A stretch of DNA of 64,000 bases from the human T2T-CHM13v2.0 reference genome, Homo sapiens: NCBI RefSeq assembly GCF_009914755.1, contig NC_060930.1, one strand, 5' to 3'. The stretch's first letter is position 1. Each line of letters starts with the position of its first letter. Below are positions 57,473 through 64,000 of the stretch, in pieces. The notes below the pieces were generated by a model, which saw nothing but the letters and a program-made list of their open reading frames with translations, did no database searches and was not told the DNA's origin. The position numbers were made by a program, and so were the translations under genes.

Positions 57473-57622
57473 CAGGCTCAGTGGGTTCTGCCTGTAATCC
57501 CAACACTTTGGGAGGCCAAGATGGGAGAATTCCTTGAGGTTAGGAGTTCGAGACCAGCCTGGTCAACATAGTGAGACCCCATCTTGATCAAAATAAATAA
57601 ATAAATATATTTTTAAAAAAAG
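57473..57622 (+). mobile_element. FLAM_C-like monomer inside a MIR (~57440-57840)
   Basis: Monomer with flanking repeat ag(g/a)gctttgggg; MIR resumes afterwards. Confidence 0.8.
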
Positions 57623-58299
57623 ACCAGAGCTTTGGGGTTAGCCTGCCTGGACTCCAGCCCTCTGTCACCCACTAGCTTTGAGATTTACCCACTCCGGGTA
57701 TCCGTTTCCTTTCTGTTAAATGGGAATAGGATAACACCTGATCCAGTGGAGTAGAGATTAAATGAGATAATGCTTGCAAAATGCCTAGCAGAGTGACTGA
57801 CATATACAAAGAGCGCTGTAGGGATTTTTTATTATCCTTTCTCATGCAGACTCACAGGCATTCATGTTCACAATGCTTTTCCCCCCTGCCATTACAGGTT
57901 TTAGCAACAAAGAGAAAATGTGTAACAGAGGCCTACTCAACAAGCCAGTTAACTTCTTGGAGTCACTTAAAACCAGAAAGATGGGTGTCCTCATAAAACA
58001 CAGGACTGGCCCAGTCCTAAAGATGAAGCTAAACATGGCTTGGCTGTGGGAACTGTAGGGCCGAATGGACAGAGCTGAAAACCAGATTTCTTCATCTACA
58101 GACTGACAAAATTGTCTATGATCCTTTGATTCTGGCTCATGCCATCTTCTTTTTCCGTCTTCCTAAGCATGGACCTTTGCCCAATACCATCTTCTCTGTT
58201 TCCTGCTTCACACTCTTCCCTCTGGGGACAATCCACATCCAGGGCTCCCTTCTAGCCCTTGTCTCCTGAATCTGTTGCACCAGCCCCAATCTCTCTCCA

Positions 58300-59065
58300 A
58301 ATTCCCAGGGAGCTGCAGATGTTTCCACCCACGTCCCACCAGCACCTCAACCCAGCAAGTGGGAAACAGCTCATTATCCGCCCCACACACCAGCTGTTTT
58401 TCCATTCATTCTCCTCGTCATTGGATCTTGAAAACCTAGGTCATCTCGGTCCCCACCCGCAGCCCTCAACTCACTCTATAGCCAACACCTGCTTTTTCTT
58501 TCTTGGATCATCACTTGCTTCTTGCTTTCTGTCTTCCCTCCCAACTCTGTGTATCTGATCCTTTTCACCACCTGCCTAGACCTCCTGTACCGGCCCCTAA
58601 CTCATTCCCCTGGCTCCAGCCAATCATTTGCTCAGCCCAGCCTATATTCTGCCGCCAGGCCAGTATTTAACCCAGGCATGCCTCTATTTCAACATAATTT
58701 GCCTTCTTAATCGCCTACGAGATGAAGTCCACTGTCCCTGTTCGTAGCAGTAGTAGGGACCTCCTCAATTCTACCTCAGTGTAACTCCTCCCCTCTAATC
58801 GTCCACAGACCCAGGCAAACCAGCATCACCCCACTCCCCAAACACACCTCATCCTTGCTGCCTTGTGCCTTTGCAACCTGCTCTCTCAAATCCAACTTCA
58901 TCCCCACTCCCCAGTTATTCTTCAAGGCCTACCTCAGGTTTTTTCCCTTTCATGAAATCTATCCCCATTCCCCTGGCCAAAATAATCCCTCAGAAGGTCT
59001 CATTTCTCTGACTCCCCAAAGCTCTTTGAGCTCCATTTGGACGCTCGCAAGAATTTAATTCAACA
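58300..59065 (+). mobile_element. L2 fragment
   Basis: Degenerate C/T-rich L2 body. Confidence 0.55.
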
Positions 59066-59249
59066 AACACACATTAGCACAGATCACATGAAAGAAGGTT
59101 GTCCTTGGTGCTGGGGGAAGGGAGTGGAGGGAGACCAGTTCCTCTTCTCTCCATCAGATCCTTGAGTCAGCAGCTATGAGAGATGGTAGAGCTAGGCTAG
59201 AGTTATAAGAATGTGTTATTAGACAAAAGTGGAGGCAAAGATCTGACTG

Positions 59250-59632
59250 CAGTTGGCATAGTTAAAGGGAAGAGCCTGAAGCCCCATATGTGAATCCTGC
59301 CTCCACTATTTCCTACCTTGCAGAACATGGGCAAGTCACTTCACTTTTCTGAGCATCCATTTCTTCACCCCTAAAATAAGCATAGTAATAATTCATACCT
59401 GTTGTGAGGATTACATGGGCTTAGCTCAGCATCTGTCATATAGTATTATTCACTAGCCATGCAACCTTAGGAACAATACTTAACATCTGTGCCTCAGTTT
59501 CTTCATTTGTGGGGGAAAAAAGAGATAGTAATTTCTACCTCAAAAGTTGTCATAAGGATTAAATGAGTTAATGTATGTAAAGCCCTTCAAACAGTTCCTG
59601 GCCCAGAGAGAGGTTTAAGAAATGTTAACTAT
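59250..59632 (+). mobile_element. Two adjacent MIR fragments
   Basis: Two MIR cores (gggcaagtcacttcacttttctgagc; taacatctgtgcctcagtttcttcat). Confidence 0.8.
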
Positions 59633-59635
59633 TTG

Positions 59636-59727
59636 GATATGATGATGTGGATGCTGCAGATGCTGCTGATGATGGTGGTGTTGATGATGATAATGATAAT
59701 GATGTTGATGATGATATTGATGCTGCT
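59636..59727. repeat. Degenerate (GAT)n
   Basis: Direct. Confidence 0.9.
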
Positions 59728-59987
59728 GAGTTGAGGCCCTTCTCATAATCCTATTCTTCTGGCCTTTCATTAGTCTTACAAAGGCAGTCCCTGAGCAAGG
59801 AGGGGGTTAGTTTTAAGGCAGGACTATTATTGTCCTTGCTTTCAAGATAAACTATAAACTAAATTCCTCCCAAAGTTAGCTTGGTCTATGCCCAGGAATG
59901 GCCAAGGACAGCTTGCAGATCAGAAGCAAGATGGAGTCAACTATGTCAGATATCTCTTACTGTCATAATTTTGCAAAGGTGGTTTCA
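59728..59987 (-). mobile_element. LTR8A/B 5' fragment
   Basis: Reverse complement TGAAACCACCTTTGCAAAATTATGACAGTAAGAG...; truncated after ~260 bp and abutting a MER5A-like piece. Confidence 0.85.
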
Positions 59988-62154
59988 ATTGTGGTCTCCA
60001 GGTCAGTAACATCAGTGACACAGGGAGCTTGTGAGAAATGCAGACTCCCAGGCCCCACCGCAGGGCCTGGCTCTGGGGCACAGGTCCATTTGCTCTGGGG
60101 ATGGTGCTTTTCCTTCAGCCTCACTGACTTCACATGAAAGTAGCATACCCAACCCTTCATTCCCTTCATAAATCCTTAGATTAACACAGTGGGAAGGGCC
60201 CGAGGGGACATCTCTATCCCTTTGTTTTACTATCAGAGAAGTTGTTCAACAGCTCTGCTATTTGGGGTGGTAATAAACCTTTCCTGTTCTCTTCTGGCTG
60301 CCCTCTTTAATGTCTGTCCATGAGCTACAGCGCGGCTTTCAGTCCCTGACATTCTCCACTCGGGCAGACTCCTCATCTGCCCAGGACTAAAGAGACCCTC
60401 AGCCCCACTATCTCACCCACTCCTACAGCCACCTGACTTTCCTACAAGAGGATCAGCGGCCCTTTTCCCCACTAAGACCCCATTGCTGGATCCTTGGGTA
60501 CTACAGCAGGGTTTCCAAACTCCTTGCCAAAAGCCCAGCTTTTTCTGGGAGCTTGTGGAGGTTCCAGGGGGACCTTTTTGGAAGTACAGGCAGGCTTTGA
60601 ATATTTTGTGAGATTACCTCCCCTTATTATGCTTTACATATTGTGATAAGATTAAGTCTGAATCCAATTCCTTTCCCTGCCTTTATCCAAATTATAAAAT
60701 ACCTAGAAAATGTTCATTTTCTCCCAAATACAAAGACTAGGCCAGAGAAAAAACCCAATGTCACCCAGAAGAGGAAAATGCATTTGATTTGTCACACTGT
60801 GGTTTAGGTAACAAACAATGTAAAATGAAAACTGTTATAATAGCTCCTCAGAGCCTCTATTCTTAACCTTAATATATTGGTATTTCCTTTTTATCATGTT
60901 TTTTCAGACACCCCCTCTTCTCTTCCACCCCAGCTCCACCTTGACTATGTCACCAGATTAACCACTGTTCTCTGTTCCCTCCAGAAAACATTCCATGATG
61001 CTTATGAACCCAGACAGCAAGGAAGCCACTCACCAACACACCCACATTCTTATTTCCCCATTTTTTGTGTGAATTATTGCATCAAAATTTACATACACTT
61101 ACATAAGCAATGCCATATACATAGTGCTTAATGAATAATCAGAAAGCGAACTCTGTAACTCCTCTTGAGGGTTCATTGCTAATACCCAGAAGCCCTCTTG
61201 TTCCCCTACTCCTAAGAGGTAACCACCTAGGTCTACATCACCAAGTGATATGTACCAGAGTTTCATTTTACCTGCTTTTTAACTTTATATAAATGTGATC
61301 ACATTGTATTCTTTGTCTTGCTTCTGTTCTAAGATTCTCTCATGTTGCTTGTGTAGTGGTGTGTCCATTTTCATTGTTTTGTAGTATTTTATTGTTTGGC
61401 CATGTGACACTTCACATGTCCATTCTATAGGTGATGAATATTTGGATTGCTTCCCAATGCAGCTGAGGTGAACCAGGCTGCCATGAGTATTCTTGTACGT
61501 TGCAGACCTTGCTGTGCATTTGCCTAAGGTTCTCTAGGTATGCACCTAAGAGTGGAATTGCTGGGCCATAGAGTATGTGGATTTTTTTTTTAATTTTTTT
61601 ATTTCCATAGGTAATTGAGGAACAGGTGGTGTTTGGTTACATGAGTCAGTTCTTCAGTGGTGATTTGTGAGATTTTGGTTGCACCCACCACCCGAGCAAT
61701 ACAGACTGCACTCTATTTATAGTCTTTTATCCATCACCCCCTTCCCACCTTTTCCCCGAGTCCCCAAAGCCCATTGTGTCATTCTTATGCCTTTGTATCC
61801 TCATAGTTTACCTCCCACTTATGAGTGAGAACATATGATGTTTGGTTTTCCATGCCTGAGTTACTTTACTTAGAATAATAGTCTCCAATCTCATCCGGGT
61901 CACTGAAAATGCCATTAATTTATTCCATTTTATGATTTTATGGCTGTGTAGTATTCATATATATCACGGTTTCTTTATCCACTCTTTGATTGATGGGCAT
62001 TTGGGTTGGTTCCACGTTTTTGCAATTGTGAATTGTGCTGCTATAAACCTGCGTGTGCAAGTATCTTTTTCGTATCATGACTTATTTTCCTCTGAGTAGA
62101 TACCCCGTAGTGGGATTGCTGGATCAAATGGTAGGTCTCATTTTAGTTCTTTAA

Positions 62155-62574
<420 letters not shown>

Positions 62575-62745
62575 CTATTTTTAAATTTTTTTTATTATGG
62601 CTATTCTTAAAGGAGTAAGGTGGTATCACATTGTAGTTTTGATTTGCATTTCCCTGATAATTAGGGTTGTTGAGCATTTTTCACACTTTTGTTGGCCATT
62701 TGTATATCTTCTTTTGAGAATTGTCTATTCATGTCCGTAGCCCAC

Positions 62746-63022
62746 TTTTTTCTTTTTTTTCTTTTTTTTTTTTTTTTTTTTTTTTGCAGTTGCAAGATTT
62801 AATAGAGTGAAAACAGAGCTCCCATACAAGGGGAGGGGACCCAAAGTGGGTTGCCGTTGCTGGCTCGAATGCCTGGGTTTATATACTGATCAATGTCCCT
62901 CCCCCTGTGCTCTCAGGCAACAGATGATTGGCTATTTCTTCACCTCCTGTTTTTGCCTAATTAGCATTTTAGTGAACTCTCCTTACCATCTGATTTGTCG
63001 GGTGTGAGCTAAGTTGCAAGCC
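62746..63022 (-). pseudogene. Processed HERV-W fragment: partial U3 + R of LTR17 + polyA
   Basis: Reverse complement GGCTTGCAACTTAGCTCACACCCGAC...GGGAGCTCTGTTTTCACTCTATTAAATCTTGCAACTGC followed by polyA; no U5. Confidence 0.9.
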
Positions 63023-64000
63023 GCTTGCTGATTTGTTTGAGTTCGTTGTAGATTCTGGATATTAGCCCTTTCTTTGTCAGATGTATAGATTGTGAAGATT
63101 TTCTCCCACTCTATGGGTTGTCTGTTTACTCTGCTGACTGTTCTTTTTGCTGTGCAGAAGCTCTTTAGTTTAATTAAGTCCCAGATATTTATCTTTGTTT
63201 TTACTGCATTTGCTTTTTGGTGCCTCTTCATGAAATCCTTGCCTAAGCCAAAGTCTAATACGGTTTTTCCAATGTCATCTTCTAGAATTTTTATAGTTTC
63301 AGGTCTTAGATTTAAGTCTTTAATTCATCTTCAGTTGATTTTTTATAAGGTGAGAGATGAGGATCCAGTTTCCTTCTCCTACATGTGGCTAGCCAATTAT
63401 CCCAGCATCATTTGTTGAAAAGGGTGTCCTTCACCACTTTGTTTTTGTTTGCTTTGTCAAAGATTAGTTGGCTGTAGGTATTTGGGTTTATTTCTGGGTT
63501 CTCTGTTGTGTTCCATTTGTCTATGTGCCTATTTTTATACCAGTACCATGCTGTTTTGGTGACTATGGCCTTATAGTATAGTTTGAAATCAGGTAATGTG
63601 ATGCCTCCAGATTGGTTCTTTTTGCTTAGTTTTGCTTTGGCTATGTGAGCTCTTTTTTGGTTCCATATGAATTTTAGAATTGTTTTTTCTAACTCTGTGA
63701 AGAATGATGGTGGTATTTTGATGGGAATTGCAATGAATTTGTAGATTGCTTTTGGCAGTATGGTCATTTTCACAATATCAATTCTACCCATCCATTAGCA
63801 TGGGACAGGTTTCCATCTATGTCATCTGTGATTTCTTTCAGCAGTGTTTTGTAGTTTTCTTTATAGAGATCTTTTGCCTCCTTTGTTAGGTATATACCTA
63901 AGTATTTCTTTCTTTCTTTTTTTTTTTTTTCTTTTTTGCAGCTATTGTTAAAGGGGTTGAGTTCTTGATTTGATTCTCAGCTTGGTTGTTATTGGTCTAT

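Noticed and set aside
63408-63791. 127-aa ORF
   Set aside because: L1PB ORF2 remnant.

Overview
Human genomic DNA: an AluYb8 with its diagnostic 7-bp duplication at 46937 marks it as human. The window is repeat-dominated and looks intergenic or intronic. I recognise no protein-coding gene, tRNA, rRNA or CRISPR array. The ORF-track hits are L1 ORF2 remnants, Alu-derived frames or low-complexity artefacts. Layout: 1-15.8 kb is a stack of nested + strand L1s with Alus and an MST LTR. 15.8-35 kb is mostly unique sequence with a G4/GGAA array, a small CpG cluster, two minisatellites, a 162-bp dispersed duplication and a layered mosaic duplication (24.3-28.3 kb). 35-64 kb has many LTRs, L1/L2/MIR pieces, a twin-primed L1PA3-like insertion, a triple-nested MLT1>AluJ>LTR8 and an L1-retroposed HERV-W (LTR17) U3-R-polyA fragment. 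I found no convincing new biological system; the best leads are structural or regulatory. Subfamily names come from recalled consensus sequences and identities from by-eye alignment, so both need RepeatMasker/BLAST confirmation.
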